A DNA stretch of 64,000 nucleotides from an uncultured Spirochaetota bacterium (GTDB lineage Bacteria > Spirochaetota > Spirochaetia > SZUA-6 > Fen-1364): assembly GCA_963845535.1 (NCBI GenBank), contig CAWJSK010000015.1:192001-256000 (forward strand), written 5' to 3'. Shown in pieces: positions 27,618 through 37,449 of this stretch (position 1 is its first letter; every line of letters starts with the position of its first letter). Below the pieces are notes generated by a model. It had not been told where the DNA came from, searched no databases, and worked only from the letters and a program-made list of their open reading frames with translations. Both the position numbers and the translations under genes were made by a program.

Positions 27618-28733
27618 TCAGGCTTTGCCCGGCAGCTTGACGTTTGCCCAGAGGTAGGGCGCGTCAGCGTTATCCTTCGTCACGAGGATTGCCCCTGTCT
27701 GGAACCAGAGGTGTCCCGCAAGACCTTTGACGACCTTCGCGGGAGCCCACGCGGAGTTGTCAGCCCAGATATCCGTGCCGGAGTGCTTGACGCCGGTGGA
27801 GAGTTTCAGGTCCGAAGCGGTGATCGTGTCACCCACCTTGGGCAGCGCAGCATCCCCTTTCTGGAGATAGGCGACCAGGTAGTGAGCGGCAATGGCCGTG
27901 TAGAACGCGGGCGCCTGGTCCAAGGCCACCTTGATGTCACCGTTCTTGATGAGCGGAAGGACGCTCGGAGTCGCGTCGATGGTGACCGTGTAGACTTTCG
28001 TAGGGTCGATGGCGAGGTCCTTCATTGCCTCCACCGCGCCGGTGGCCATTGGCCCGTTGGCGGAGTAGCAGGCGTCGATGCGCGGATGGGCGCGCAGCAC
28101 GTTGTCCGCCGCCGTCTTTGCCGGGGCCTCCTGGAAGTCTCCGACCGCCTGGATGACCTTCACGCCCTTGTACTGGTCGATCACGTCATGGAAGCCCTTG
28201 CTGCGGTCGATGGACGACGCGCCGCCCAGGGGACCGAGCATCTCCAGGACCGTGCCGCGGACCTGGCCGTGGTATTTGGTCTTGAGGTAGTCGACCATGC
28301 GCTGGGCCAGCTCCGAACCGGCCCTTTCACCGGAGAACCCGACGTACATTTTGACGTTTGGCGAATCAATGTCCGCGTCAGCCGTGAAGACGGGAATCTT
28401 GGCGGCCGTGGCGAAATCCACGATCGGCTTGGCCGCTTCCTTGTCCTGGGCTGATACGATCAGCCCCTTGACGCCGGAGTTGATCATCTGGCGGCACTGG
28501 GTGATCTGGGCGGCCGGGTCCCCTCCCGCCTCATTGGTGATCCATTTCCAGTGGTTGTCCTGGCTGTACCACTCGAAGCTGTCCTGGAAATAGGACTCCC
28601 AAGCATTGGTGACGGTCTTCGTATCAAGACCCAGGAAGTAGGGAGACGGCTTCAGCCGCTCCACAACGCCGCTGGCAAAAACAACCGAGCCTGCGGCGAG
28701 CATGACGCAGAGAATGACGATGAATCTTTTCAT
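27618..28733 (-). CDS. Sugar ABC transporter substrate-binding protein
   Basis: Signal peptide; type I PBP motifs 'IPVFTAD', 'DRSKGF', 'YSANG'. Confidence 0.88.
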   Translation of the reverse strand: MKRFIVILCVMLAAGSVVFASGVVERLKPSPYFLGLDTKTVTNAWESYFQDSFEWYSQDNHWKWITNEAGGDPAAQITQCRQMINSGVKGLIVSAQDKEAAKPIVDFATAAKIPVFTADADIDSPNVKMYVGFSGERAGSELAQRMVDYLKTKYHGQVRGTVLEMLGPLGGASSIDRSKGFHDVIDQYKGVKVIQAVGDFQEAPAKTAADNVLRAHPRIDACYSANGPMATGAVEAMKDLAIDPTKVYTVTIDATPSVLPLIKNGDIKVALDQAPAFYTAIAAHYLVAYLQKGDAALPKVGDTITASDLKLSTGVKHSGTDIWADNSAWAPAKVVKGLAGHLWFQTGAILVTKDNADAPYLWANVKLPGKA

Positions 28734-28916
28734 AGAACCTCCTCAGGCCATGGAAAGTTGTGATGCACCCCGTCGAGGGGGTGCGCGTTCTGACAGTTGA
28801 ATCGAATCGCCATAAACGACTCACCGACCGGTATCCAGTCCGAACATAGAAATGGCATGTTCAGGATCGATTGCGGCCACGTTAAATTCTCTTAAAATGC
28901 TTTGAAGCATGACGCG

Positions 28917-29936
28917 CTAGGCGGCCGCGCCGGACGGTCGAAAGAGGAATCGCATGATCCGATCCCGTTCGCTCTCCGTCGGAGACTCGAACTTCACGTG
29001 GATGATCGTGCGGTCTTCCGAGACCCGAATCACGCGGGCGGCAAGCGCGAGCTTTTCGATCCGGGGAGAGAAGGTAATCTCCAGTAGATCGCCCTCGCGA
29101 ATTGATTCGAGAGGGTTTTCGAGGCTGGCTCCTCCTGCCCCCAGGTCCAGGAGCGCGGATTCCCTGCCAGGCGCGTTCCTCGAAGCCGCTTTGACAATGA
29201 CGGGAAATCGCTCTTTGCGCCGGTAGAATCTCCGGCGCTGCAACCGCGAGATGGAAGAAGAGTGCTCGAGATGCAGGATGTCTCGTGATCTCTCTCTGAC
29301 CCATGTGGAAAAGGAGTAGACGCCGGCGGCATTGAAAAAGGAGGCTGTCACTCCAGCGCCTTTTCCGAACGGTGGGCCAGCCTTCGGATCGAGCCGCACG
29401 ACAAGGGAGGACGGCCCCTGGGCAATTACCGTGGCACGCAGCCGCCTCACCGCTTTCCCCTGGAGCAGGATGGGCAGGCCTTCGGGAAGCTCCGCGCTGG
29501 AGGCCGGCGCTTCCTCGAGCCGCGCCGGCCGAAAGCCGATCTTCATCCGCAGCGCGTTCAGCTCGACCTCGGCGGCAATTCCGGCCTGAAGGGCTTTCCG
29601 CGCGCTGGAATCAAAAAGATGGCGGCTCTGCATCAACGCGTATTCCTTCGAGTCGGCTTCCCGTCCTTTTCCCTCCAGCAACCCCGCAAGGCTTTCCAGG
29701 AGCGCGTTCTCCCTCTGGCTGAGATCAAGGTTCGCCAGCAGGCGTTGGAGACGCTCACGCGTTGCCCTCATTGCCTCACGGACCGCTCGTTTCTGCGTGG
29801 CCAGATACGCCGCGAAAGCGACAACGAGTCCGAGGAGAAAAAGGAAGAGCAAGAGCATGTCGAGCCGCGTCTGCACGAAGCCCTGGGCCACGGCCGTGAG
29901 GAACTGCCTGATTTCCAATTGATTGCCGTACACCAT
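28917..29936 (-). CDS. Membrane-anchored PilZ-domain (c-di-GMP-binding, YcgR-like) protein
   Basis: N-terminal TM; 'QRRRFYR' (RxxxR) and 'DLGAGG'. Confidence 0.82.
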   Translation of the reverse strand: MVYGNQLEIRQFLTAVAQGFVQTRLDMLLLFLFLLGLVVAFAAYLATQKRAVREAMRATRERLQRLLANLDLSQRENALLESLAGLLEGKGREADSKEYALMQSRHLFDSSARKALQAGIAAEVELNALRMKIGFRPARLEEAPASSAELPEGLPILLQGKAVRRLRATVIAQGPSSLVVRLDPKAGPPFGKGAGVTASFFNAAGVYSFSTWVRERSRDILHLEHSSSISRLQRRRFYRRKERFPVIVKAASRNAPGRESALLDLGAGGASLENPLESIREGDLLEITFSPRIEKLALAARVIRVSEDRTIIHVKFESPTESERDRIMRFLFRPSGAAA

Positions 29937-30019
29937 AGGAACCTGCGCGGATTCACCGCCGATCCGCCGCGGCCCGAGCCGCGGTCAAAACCGCGGTCTC
30001 GGAACCATGGTGAGTGTTT

Positions 30020-30796
30020 CTACGCTCGCTGAGCCAACGAGGCGACGCTTCGCAGCTCCTGGAGCTCCTTTGTCCCTTTCAGGCTGGGATTCGCGGCGGC
30101 GTAGTCATAGGCGGTTTTCCCGTCCTTGGACGTGAGCTTCCCGATTGCGCCTGCCTGAAGAAGGAGGGAGACAGCCTGGGGATGTTGATCATCCAGGGCG
30201 GCCCACATCAGGGGGGTCATCCCGTTGTTGTCCCGGTCCGCGACCTTTGCTCCGGCCCGCGCGAGCTCGGAGATGATTGCGGGGTTCGGGTTGAGCGCGG
30301 CATACATCAGCGCAGTCATGCCTTTCCCGTCGCGCTCCTCGACCGTTGCCCCGGCTTTCAGGAGGACGGAAACAACGCTCGGGTTCTGATTGAAAGCGGC
30401 CGCGATCATCAAAGGGGTCACTCCGTTCCACTCTCTGGCGCCGACGTTTGCCCCCGCCTTCACGAGGGCGGAGATGACGCGTGGATTGCGGTTCATCGCT
30501 GCATACATGAGGGGCGTGACGTCGCCTCTGGCCAGGTCATTCGGCTTCGCCCCGGCCTTCAGAAGCACGGAGATGACGCCCGGGTTCTGATTGAATCCGG
30601 CCGCAATCATCAAAGGGGTTGCTCCATCCTTGTCGCGTGTCTCGATGCTCGCTCCGCCCTTGATGGCGGCTTGCACCCGGTGAGGGGATCCATTTTCCAT
30701 GAGCTGGGACAGGCTTACGCCGAATGATTGGGTCGCTCCTACAAGAGTTGCGCATACAACGATTGCTGGAATCAGCGCCCATCTGTAGTTGGTCAT
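30020..30796 (-). CDS. Secreted ankyrin-repeat protein
   Basis: Signal peptide plus about five 'G.TPLM.AA..N.NP..I..L.KAGA' repeats. Confidence 0.92.
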   Translation of the reverse strand: MTNYRWALIPAIVVCATLVGATQSFGVSLSQLMENGSPHRVQAAIKGGASIETRDKDGATPLMIAAGFNQNPGVISVLLKAGAKPNDLARGDVTPLMYAAMNRNPRVISALVKAGANVGAREWNGVTPLMIAAAFNQNPSVVSVLLKAGATVEERDGKGMTALMYAALNPNPAIISELARAGAKVADRDNNGMTPLMWAALDDQHPQAVSLLLQAGAIGKLTSKDGKTAYDYAAANPSLKGTKELQELRSVASLAQRA

Positions 30797-30957
30797 AGAA
30801 ACCTCCTGGATTCATCGGTGTCTCTCGGGTCACCGAAAATCCGTCAGCTTCAAAGGTATGGACGCATCTTTCAGATTCGATTTAGCCGACGTTAAGCTTT
30901 GTTAATACGATTGGAAATGATCAGCTGAGCTGCCTTGTTATTTCAACGAAATGACTG

Positions 30958-30985
30958 GTGCTGTCACCGAAGGCGGTGACAGCAC
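30958..30985. terminator. Perfect 12-bp stem hairpin downstream of the small minus-strand gene
   Basis: gtgctgtcaccg-aagg-cggtgacagcac. Confidence 0.6.
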
Positions 30986-30995
30986 GCAGCTATCA

Positions 30996-31187
30996 TCAGG
31001 CAAGAACGTCGATATTCTTGCCCAGCGTGTCATTTTGAATCTGATTCATGGACTTGGGTTGAGCCGCGACTTTCCCCCTGTCGTCAGCGTCCCCGTCCTG
31101 CTCGAGCTCTCCCGGCGCTTCCCGCAGTGAGTGAGCGGCCGCCGCTGAAGCGGGCATCATCTGCGGGTATTGGTTGTCGATTCGCAT
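30996..31187 (-). CDS. Small protein with YjfB-like C-terminal motif
   Basis: RBS AGAGGT; ends 'LGKNIDVLA'; followed by a hairpin. Confidence 0.6.
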   Translation of the reverse strand: MRIDNQYPQMMPASAAAAHSLREAPGELEQDGDADDRGKVAAQPKSMNQIQNDTLGKNIDVLA

Positions 31188-31253
31188 GCTTGCTACCTCT
31201 CTCTTCTATAGTCTATACAGGCGTTCCGGGGAGTCAAGGGAAAAGGCGGTCGC

Positions 31254-31433
31254 CTACGGGTCCCACCAATGGTGCTCCTCGGGAACCTTCTCCAGGGTAT
31301 CAAGCTTCAAGCGTTGCGTGCCGCCGAGTGAGAACGTACAAATAGCGTCGTCACCCTCTATCTTCTCAACGATCATGGACGAACCACCGCCCTTAAACCG
31401 TACGACGTCTCCAGCAGCGATTTGTTCTTCCAT
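31254..31433 (-). CDS. Second YodC/DUF2158 family protein (59 aa, absent from the ORF track)
   Basis: Manual translation MEEQIAAGDVVRFKGGGSSMIVEKIEGDDAICTFSLGGTQRLKLDTLEKVPEEHHWWDP*; matches GDxVxxKxGGxxM. Confidence 0.75.
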   Translation of the reverse strand: MEEQIAAGDVVRFKGGGSSMIVEKIEGDDAICTFSLGGTQRLKLDTLEKVPEEHHWWDP

Positions 31434-31543
31434 GATTCTCTATACCTGTTCCGGAGGCAATAATACGCCAATCTCAGAGTCTTTGATACTCCGATATTGA
31501 GAAATGTGGCCATGAGCCGACAATGGAATGAGGGCAAAGCCGC

Positions 31544-31849
31544 TTGTTGCGCCAGGAAACGATTTCCGATCTCGAAACTCGCCTTGTGGTGAGCGGACCG
31601 CTCTATGGCGAGGCTGGTTTGGAGTTCGAACAGAAGATTGAGGCCCTCCGTGAAAGCAGCTACGTCACAATCACGCTTGACCTCTCGATGGCGGTCGGGA
31701 TCACCTCATCCGCCATCGCCAAGCTGATATCCGTCCATAGACACCTGCTTGCTCACGGCAGGTCCTTCAAGATCAACGGTTGCAGCGAGGCACTCTACAG
31801 CATTTTCCAGAAGATCAAGCTTGACACCCTGATCCAGATCATACGGTGA
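31544..31849 (+). CDS. STAS-domain anti-sigma-factor antagonist-like protein
   Basis: 'ITLDLS...ITSSAIAKL' with a phosphorylatable-Ser motif; 'IFQKIKLD'. TTG start. Confidence 0.8.
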   Translation: MLRQETISDLETRLVVSGPLYGEAGLEFEQKIEALRESSYVTITLDLSMAVGITSSAIAKLISVHRHLLAHGRSFKINGCSEALYSIFQKIKLDTLIQIIR

Positions 31850-31894
31850 GCGCACACGCGTCGGACTGCCCGGGGGGGCCGCAAAGGCGCTCCG

Positions 31895-32452
31895 TCAGTA
31901 CTCCTTCGATTCAGAGCCTTGCGCGAACACGGGCTTCAGGACGATGTCCAGATCGCGCTCTTGTTGAAGCCGTGCAAGCTCTTCTTTCAAACCGCTGACG
32001 GAGGTTGAGGGCCCGATCACGAGGTGGGCGGACAGTCGGAACATGGGCGCGCCGGTCCACGGCGCCGGGGCTGTTTCGGTCTCAAGGTCCTCTATGTTTA
32101 CGCCATGGCGGTGCAGCACCGCGGTGACGGCGTGTACGATTCCCGGCGTGTCTATGGACACTGCCCTCAGGAGGTAGGGGCGCCCCTTCTCTTCAGCCCG
32201 CGGCTTGTGGGTGGGATGGCAGCCGACGCGAAGGCCTATCTTCTCACCCCATGCGGGCAGTGATCCGGTCAAGGAATCCACAGACACTGCCGGGCCCGAG
32301 ACGAGCATGATGATGGCGAACTCTCCGCCCAGGACCGCCATCTTGCTCTCCTCCATGTTGCAGCCTGCGCCGGTCACCGCGCCTGAGATCTCATCCACGA
32401 TCCCCACCCGGTCAGGCCCGACAGCCGTGAGAACGAGAAATCCTGTGGCCAT
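31895..32452 (-). CDS. GcvR-like tandem ACT-domain protein
   Basis: 'GPDRVGIV...GCNMEES.MAVLGGEF' and 'DTPGIV...VNIEDLET'. Confidence 0.88.
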   Translation of the reverse strand: MATGFLVLTAVGPDRVGIVDEISGAVTGAGCNMEESKMAVLGGEFAIIMLVSGPAVSVDSLTGSLPAWGEKIGLRVGCHPTHKPRAEEKGRPYLLRAVSIDTPGIVHAVTAVLHRHGVNIEDLETETAPAPWTGAPMFRLSAHLVIGPSTSVSGLKEELARLQQERDLDIVLKPVFAQGSESKEY

Positions 32453-32530
32453 ACCGAAAGACTATCGGGAAGAGGATGGTTTTGTCCACCGAGAACGGGA
32501 AACCCTGGCCTGACCGGACGTCGCGGCCCT

Positions 32531-32596
32531 ACGTTGCTTTGACACCCACGTTGCTTTGACTTGACAATTACTCAAAAAGTGAGTACTCACTATAGC
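32531..32596 (+). promoter_or_regulatory. TetR promoter/operator region
   Basis: TTGACA at 32561; perfect palindrome AGTGAGTACTCACT at 32578-32591; 13-bp direct repeat acgttgctttgac at 32531 and 32548. Confidence 0.65.
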
Positions 32597-32597
32597 T

Positions 32598-33182
32598 GTG
32601 AGCGTGTCAGACGAGACAATCATGAACGTGGCGCTCGACCTTTTTGCCGAGAAGGGCTATGCCTCCGTCTCGACACGTGAAATCGCGCAAAAGGCCGGCA
32701 TCACGGAAATGACGCTGTTTCGCAAGTTCCAAACGAAAAAACATCTGATCGGGCGGATCCTCCAGGAATGTTGGTATTCGCCGCCCGACGGCGCGTCTTT
32801 CGATGTCATCGACGTAAGCAACCCTAAGGAGGCGCTCAGGCAATGCTCGGCGTTGGTCTATAGCTCATTTCGTTCGCGGAAAAAGATCGCTGCTGTGATC
32901 AGCAACAGCCCGGAAATCCGAGGCTCTGAAGTTGCGGATATCATTAATTTGCGAATCCGAGGGATCATCAGTGAAATTCAGAAATTCCTCGAGCGTCTCA
33001 TTGCGCAGATCGAAACTACTACAGGCAAAAAGGTGGATGATAAAGACTCTTTCACAATGGCCATTCATTTCGTTGCACATGTCATGGGGCTTTTCTTCCT
33101 CGAAGAGGTGATCAATCTGGAGCCGCCCATGCCATGGGATCAGCTCATGCAGAATCTTATTGAGCGTCTTGACATGCCCTGA
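32598..33182 (+). CDS. TetR/AcrR-family transcriptional regulator
   Basis: 'ALDLFAEKGYASVSTREIAQKAGITEMTLFRKF.TK'. Confidence 0.93.
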   Translation: MSVSDETIMNVALDLFAEKGYASVSTREIAQKAGITEMTLFRKFQTKKHLIGRILQECWYSPPDGASFDVIDVSNPKEALRQCSALVYSSFRSRKKIAAVISNSPEIRGSEVADIINLRIRGIISEIQKFLERLIAQIETTTGKKVDDKDSFTMAIHFVAHVMGLFFLEEVINLEPPMPWDQLMQNLIERLDMP

Positions 33183-33272
33183 TAGTTCTTTTTTTTGATT
33201 CGATGATAGTTAGTGGTAACACACTAAAAACTGCTGGATGCTCACGCACCCGCGCTCTACAGAAGGAGTTTT

Positions 33273-34316
33273 GTGATGAAGAGAATAGCAACGATCGCTC
33301 TCCTGGCACTGGCGTGCATGGGGTGCGGCGTCCATGCCGGCAGCGGCAAGCAGGCCTCCCGGAGCATGGAGCAAATCTATAAGGAGGACGGGGTCCCTGT
33401 TCGGGTGCGGATCCTTGCCACGAAGCCCTTTTCGGCCTACTTGAAATATCCCGCTACGCTCAAAGCCCGCCTGGAGTCTGCTGCGGTCGCGTCAATTCCC
33501 GAGGTCGTGCGTGAGGTCCACGCGCGAATAGGCGACCACGTGCGCAAAGGCGACGTCATCGTTTCTCTCTCCCAGGACAACGCCAACTACCAGCAGGCGA
33601 AAGCGGCGCGGGACACAGCGGAGGCCACCTATACGCGCTTCAAGACGATGTACGACAGCTCCAACATCTCGGCGCAGGATTTCGACACCATGAAGGTGCA
33701 GTATGCCCAGGCAAAGTCGGCGTTCAAGACGATGGACGACATCATCAACGTCAAAGCGCCTATCGACGGCTACGTCACCGCTTTGAACGTCCAGGTAACG
33801 GACAACGTCTATCCCGGGGCGCCGCTCTTCACGGTCTCCAACCTTGACGCCATCGAAGCCAAGCTCTACGTCACCCCCGAGGAAGCCCGCATGGTGCGCA
33901 CAGGGCAGCCGGCGATCGTCGAGGAAGACGGCCAGTCCATTCGCGGTACCGTCACGCAAGTTTCCCTCATCATGGATCCACAGCACAAAGCCTTTCCCGT
34001 CACCGCGTCCTTCGCCAACCAGGGTTTTGCGTTGACAAGCGGCATCACCGCAGACGTCGCCCTCGAGGTCTATCGCGCGCCGGCAATCGCGGTGAAGGAG
34101 AAAGAGCTGGCGCGCGAGATAGACACCTGGTACGCATTCGTCGTCGACGGCGACACGGCGCGCCGACGCGCGCTGAAAATCGGGCATCAGGACGGGCTTT
34201 CCTTCGAGGTCCTCGATGGCCTGAAGCCGGGAGACAAGCTTGTCACCGAGGGCGCCCAGAGCCTCAACGACGGCATGAAGGTCCGGGTCGTGTCCATGGC
34301 CGCCAACGCGGACTGA
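33273..34316 (+). CDS. RND efflux periplasmic adaptor (MFP), lipoprotein
   Basis: 'GDHVRKGD', 'VKAPIDG', 'GLKPGDKLVTEG'; RBS AAGGAG. Confidence 0.9.
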   Translation: MMKRIATIALLALACMGCGVHAGSGKQASRSMEQIYKEDGVPVRVRILATKPFSAYLKYPATLKARLESAAVASIPEVVREVHARIGDHVRKGDVIVSLSQDNANYQQAKAARDTAEATYTRFKTMYDSSNISAQDFDTMKVQYAQAKSAFKTMDDIINVKAPIDGYVTALNVQVTDNVYPGAPLFTVSNLDAIEAKLYVTPEEARMVRTGQPAIVEEDGQSIRGTVTQVSLIMDPQHKAFPVTASFANQGFALTSGITADVALEVYRAPAIAVKEKELAREIDTWYAFVVDGDTARRRALKIGHQDGLSFEVLDGLKPGDKLVTEGAQSLNDGMKVRVVSMAANAD

Positions 34317-34350
34317 CCCAGGCTTTCTTTCACAGAACCAAGGAGTATCC

Positions 34351-37300
34351 ATGTCCATCGTCGACCTTTCCATAAAACGGCCCGTGCTCATCACGATGAT
34401 TCTTGTGGTCTTCGTGCTTTTCGGAGTGCTGGCCTACTTCACCATCCCCCTCTCCCTCATTCCCGACGTGAAGGTGCCTCTTGCCACCGTCACGGTGGTC
34501 TACCCGGGAGCCGGGCCCCAGGTGATCGAGAGCCAGATCACCAACAAGATCGAGGACGAGGTGTCAGCTCTTTCCCAACTGGACTCTGTCACCTCCTATT
34601 CCATCGAGGGCGCATCCATCGTCACCGTTCAGTTCAAGCTCGGCAAGGACGAAAACCTCGCCCGGGAGGAGGTGAAGGAGAAGGTCGATGGCATCCTCGA
34701 TCAGCTCCCCTCGGGAGCCAGGCGGCCGGTGGTCACGAAGCTGGACATCACGGCCATGTTTCCCGCAATGAACATCCTCGTCGAGGGAACGATTGACCCT
34801 ACCACCCTCCATACACTGGCTGACAAGGTCGTGAAGGCACGGCTCGCGCAGATCGAAGGCGTCGGAAGGGTCGACCTGGGGGGCGGAAGGGAACGCGAGG
34901 TACGTGTCGAGCTTGGCCGCGCAGACGTATTTGACCGCTCGGTCTCGCTCCTGCAGATCGCGGGCCTCCTGCAGGCTGCCAATGTGGAGATTCCCGGCGG
35001 CAGCTTCAAGGAAGACGGGCAGGACCTCTCCGTGAGGCTCAAGGGCCAGTTCCAGTCCATTGACGATATCCGCAACCTCGACGTGCCGACTCGGTCAGGG
35101 ATCGTGAAGCTCAGGCAGATTGCGGACGTGCGGGATTCCTACAAGGAAGTGCGGGAGCGGATCATGTTCTTCGACAAGAGCACGGGTGGCCAGAGCGATG
35201 ATGCGGTGCTCCTCAAGATCCTCAAGAACCCTTCCGCCAACACCGTCTCCGTCGTCAACAAAGTCAGGGCCGCCCTGCCGGGCATCGAGAAAGACCTTGG
35301 CGGGCACGTCCATCTCAGGGTCGTCTCGGAGGGCGCCACGTTCGTCCGGGATTCCGTCATGGATACCTTCTTCAACGTCTTCTTGAGCGTCGGCCTCACC
35401 GCGCTGGTCCTGCTGTTCTTTCTCCATGACCTGCGCTCGACCCTCATCGTCGTCATCGCAATGCCCTTCTCCCTCATCGCAACGTTCTGGGTCATGCGGA
35501 TACTGGGGCTCTCTTTCAACATCCTCTCCCTCATGGGCCTTGCCACGGCCACGGGAGTCCTTGTCTCAGACTCCGTCATCGTCCTGGAAAACATCTTCCG
35601 TCACAAGGCACTCGGGGCTGGCAGGAGAGAGGCGGCTTCGAAGGGCAGCCGCGAAGTCATGGTGGCGGTGGTGGCCGCCACGCTCACCCACGTTGCCGTG
35701 TTCGTCCCCATGGCGAACATGGCGGGGGTGATGGGCCAGACCATGAAGGACTTCGCCTACACGATCGTTGCCGCGACTCTTTTCTCCCTGCTCATGAGCT
35801 TCACGCTGACGCCGTTGATGGCCTCGCGCATGCTTCCGGAGAAAGTGAAAAAGCCAGGGCCCTTTGGATTGCTCCTGGAACGGATGTTTGCTTCGTGGGA
35901 GCGCGGATACGGCAGGTTGGTCGAGCTCATCGTGGCCACTAAGCTGCGCAGCGGGATCGTTGTGGCCGCTTCCCTGGTTGCGCTGGCAGGCTCGTTTGCC
36001 CTCTCCCACGCGCTTCGGTTCGAGTTGATTCCGCCAACGGATGGCGGGAAAGTCCAGATCCTCGTCGAGCTTCCCCTCGGCAGCGGGATAACGGAGACGG
36101 TAAGGGTTTTGGGAGAGATCCAGTCCCACCTCAAGGATTACAAGGAAGTTTCCAGCATCCTCACCGATCTGGGCTACCAGTCCGATCTGGACAAGGACGT
36201 CAACCTTGCCCGGATGGACGTGCTGCTTGTGCCCAAGACACAGCGGGCCATGAGCAACAATGCGATCGCCGCCTCGTTCACCGAGAAGCTCTCCGACATC
36301 CCTGGCGCCACGATCAAGGTGACCCCGGTCAGCGAGATCAACCTCGGCGGCCAGAGCTCGCCCATCAATTTCTCCCTCCAGGGCAAGGACAACGACGTCC
36401 TGCAGGAGTTGACGCCCCGGATCACGTCGGCCATGGCCAGGGTGCCGGGCCTCGTCAATATCGATGCAAGCGCGCGGCCCGGGAAACCCGAGCTGACGTT
36501 CGAACCGGACCGAAAGCGCATCTCGGAGGACGGGCTGACCGTGCAGGAGGTTGCCCTCTCGCTGCGCGCCGCGGTGGACGGCCTGGTCCTCTCGACCTAC
36601 AAGGAGGGGGGCAACGAGTTCGACATTCGCGTGGCCCTCAAGGAGGGCAGCCTGCGCAGCATCGACGACCTGAAAAATGTGCCAGTCGTCGGAGCCCGGG
36701 GCACCTACCCCCTCTCGCACTACGCGCAGCTCTCTCTCACCAGCGGATCCAACAGGATCACACATTCGGACAAGGTCGGCTCGGTTACGTTCACGGCCGA
36801 CCTGCTGCCGGGGACCAGCCAGGGTGAAGCTCAGGCGGCAGTGGACGCAAAGATCGCCTCCCTTCACCTGCCCACGGGCTACATCGTCAAGAGCGCGGGC
36901 CTCGCGAAGACCTTCCAGGAGACGGTGCGTGACCTGGTCCTCGTCTTCGTCCTTGCGATAGTTCTCGTGCTCATGATCCTTGCCGGCACGCTGGAAAACT
37001 TCCGGCAGCCGGTGATCATCCTCAGCACGGTTCCTCTGGCGCTCATCGGGGTGATCCTGGCGGTGGTACTGACGGGTACGACGCTCAATGTGTTCGCCAT
37101 GCTCGCCGTGGTCATGCTCATCGGGTTGGCCGTGACCAACGCCATCCTGATCCTGGAATACTCCAACCAGCTCCGCGCCGAAGGGAAGGACGTCGGGGAA
37201 GCCCTCGTCCTGGCCTGCTCAGCGAAGTTCAAGCCCATCCTCATGTCCAACATCGCGATCATCCTGAGCCTCATGCCCATGGCCTTTGGCTTTGGCGCCT

Positions 37301-37449
37301 CGGGCGCGGAGATGCGTCAACCCATGGGCATCGTCACCATAGGAGGCGTGGCAATGTCGGCCGTGCTCACGCTCTTTCTCATTCCTGCCCTGGAAAAACT
37401 GACGGCCGGCAATCGCCCGGCTCAGAAGGAGCTCCCGAATGAAGCGTAA
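34351..37449 (+). CDS. RND efflux permease (AcrB/HAE1-like)
   Basis: 1032 aa; 'SIKRPV', 'YPGAGP..IES.IT..IED', 'TLTPLMA', 'PILMS', 'LTLFLIP'. Confidence 0.93.
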   Translation: MSIVDLSIKRPVLITMILVVFVLFGVLAYFTIPLSLIPDVKVPLATVTVVYPGAGPQVIESQITNKIEDEVSALSQLDSVTSYSIEGASIVTVQFKLGKDENLAREEVKEKVDGILDQLPSGARRPVVTKLDITAMFPAMNILVEGTIDPTTLHTLADKVVKARLAQIEGVGRVDLGGGREREVRVELGRADVFDRSVSLLQIAGLLQAANVEIPGGSFKEDGQDLSVRLKGQFQSIDDIRNLDVPTRSGIVKLRQIADVRDSYKEVRERIMFFDKSTGGQSDDAVLLKILKNPSANTVSVVNKVRAALPGIEKDLGGHVHLRVVSEGATFVRDSVMDTFFNVFLSVGLTALVLLFFLHDLRSTLIVVIAMPFSLIATFWVMRILGLSFNILSLMGLATATGVLVSDSVIVLENIFRHKALGAGRREAASKGSREVMVAVVAATLTHVAVFVPMANMAGVMGQTMKDFAYTIVAATLFSLLMSFTLTPLMASRMLPEKVKKPGPFGLLLERMFASWERGYGRLVELIVATKLRSGIVVAASLVALAGSFALSHALRFELIPPTDGGKVQILVELPLGSGITETVRVLGEIQSHLKDYKEVSSILTDLGYQSDLDKDVNLARMDVLLVPKTQRAMSNNAIAASFTEKLSDIPGATIKVTPVSEINLGGQSSPINFSLQGKDNDVLQELTPRITSAMARVPGLVNIDASARPGKPELTFEPDRKRISEDGLTVQEVALSLRAAVDGLVLSTYKEGGNEFDIRVALKEGSLRSIDDLKNVPVVGARGTYPLSHYAQLSLTSGSNRITHSDKVGSVTFTADLLPGTSQGEAQAAVDAKIASLHLPTGYIVKSAGLAKTFQETVRDLVLVFVLAIVLVLMILAGTLENFRQPVIILSTVPLALIGVILAVVLTGTTLNVFAMLAVVMLIGLAVTNAILILEYSNQLRAEGKDVGEALVLACSAKFKPILMSNIAIILSLMPMAFGFGASGAEMRQPMGIVTIGGVAMSAVLTLFLIPALEKLTAGNRPAQKELPNEA

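Noticed and set aside
28853..28875. TGGCA...TTGC as a second sigma-54 promoter
   Set aside because: Spacing is not GG-N10-GC, and it faces away from the adjacent operon.
30800..30900. Possible c-di-GMP-I riboswitch upstream of the ankyrin gene (GAAA-capped stem plus a hairpin near the RBS)
   Set aside because: Lacks the GGCAAAC...GACGCAAA core in the right arrangement; an Rfam scan would settle it.
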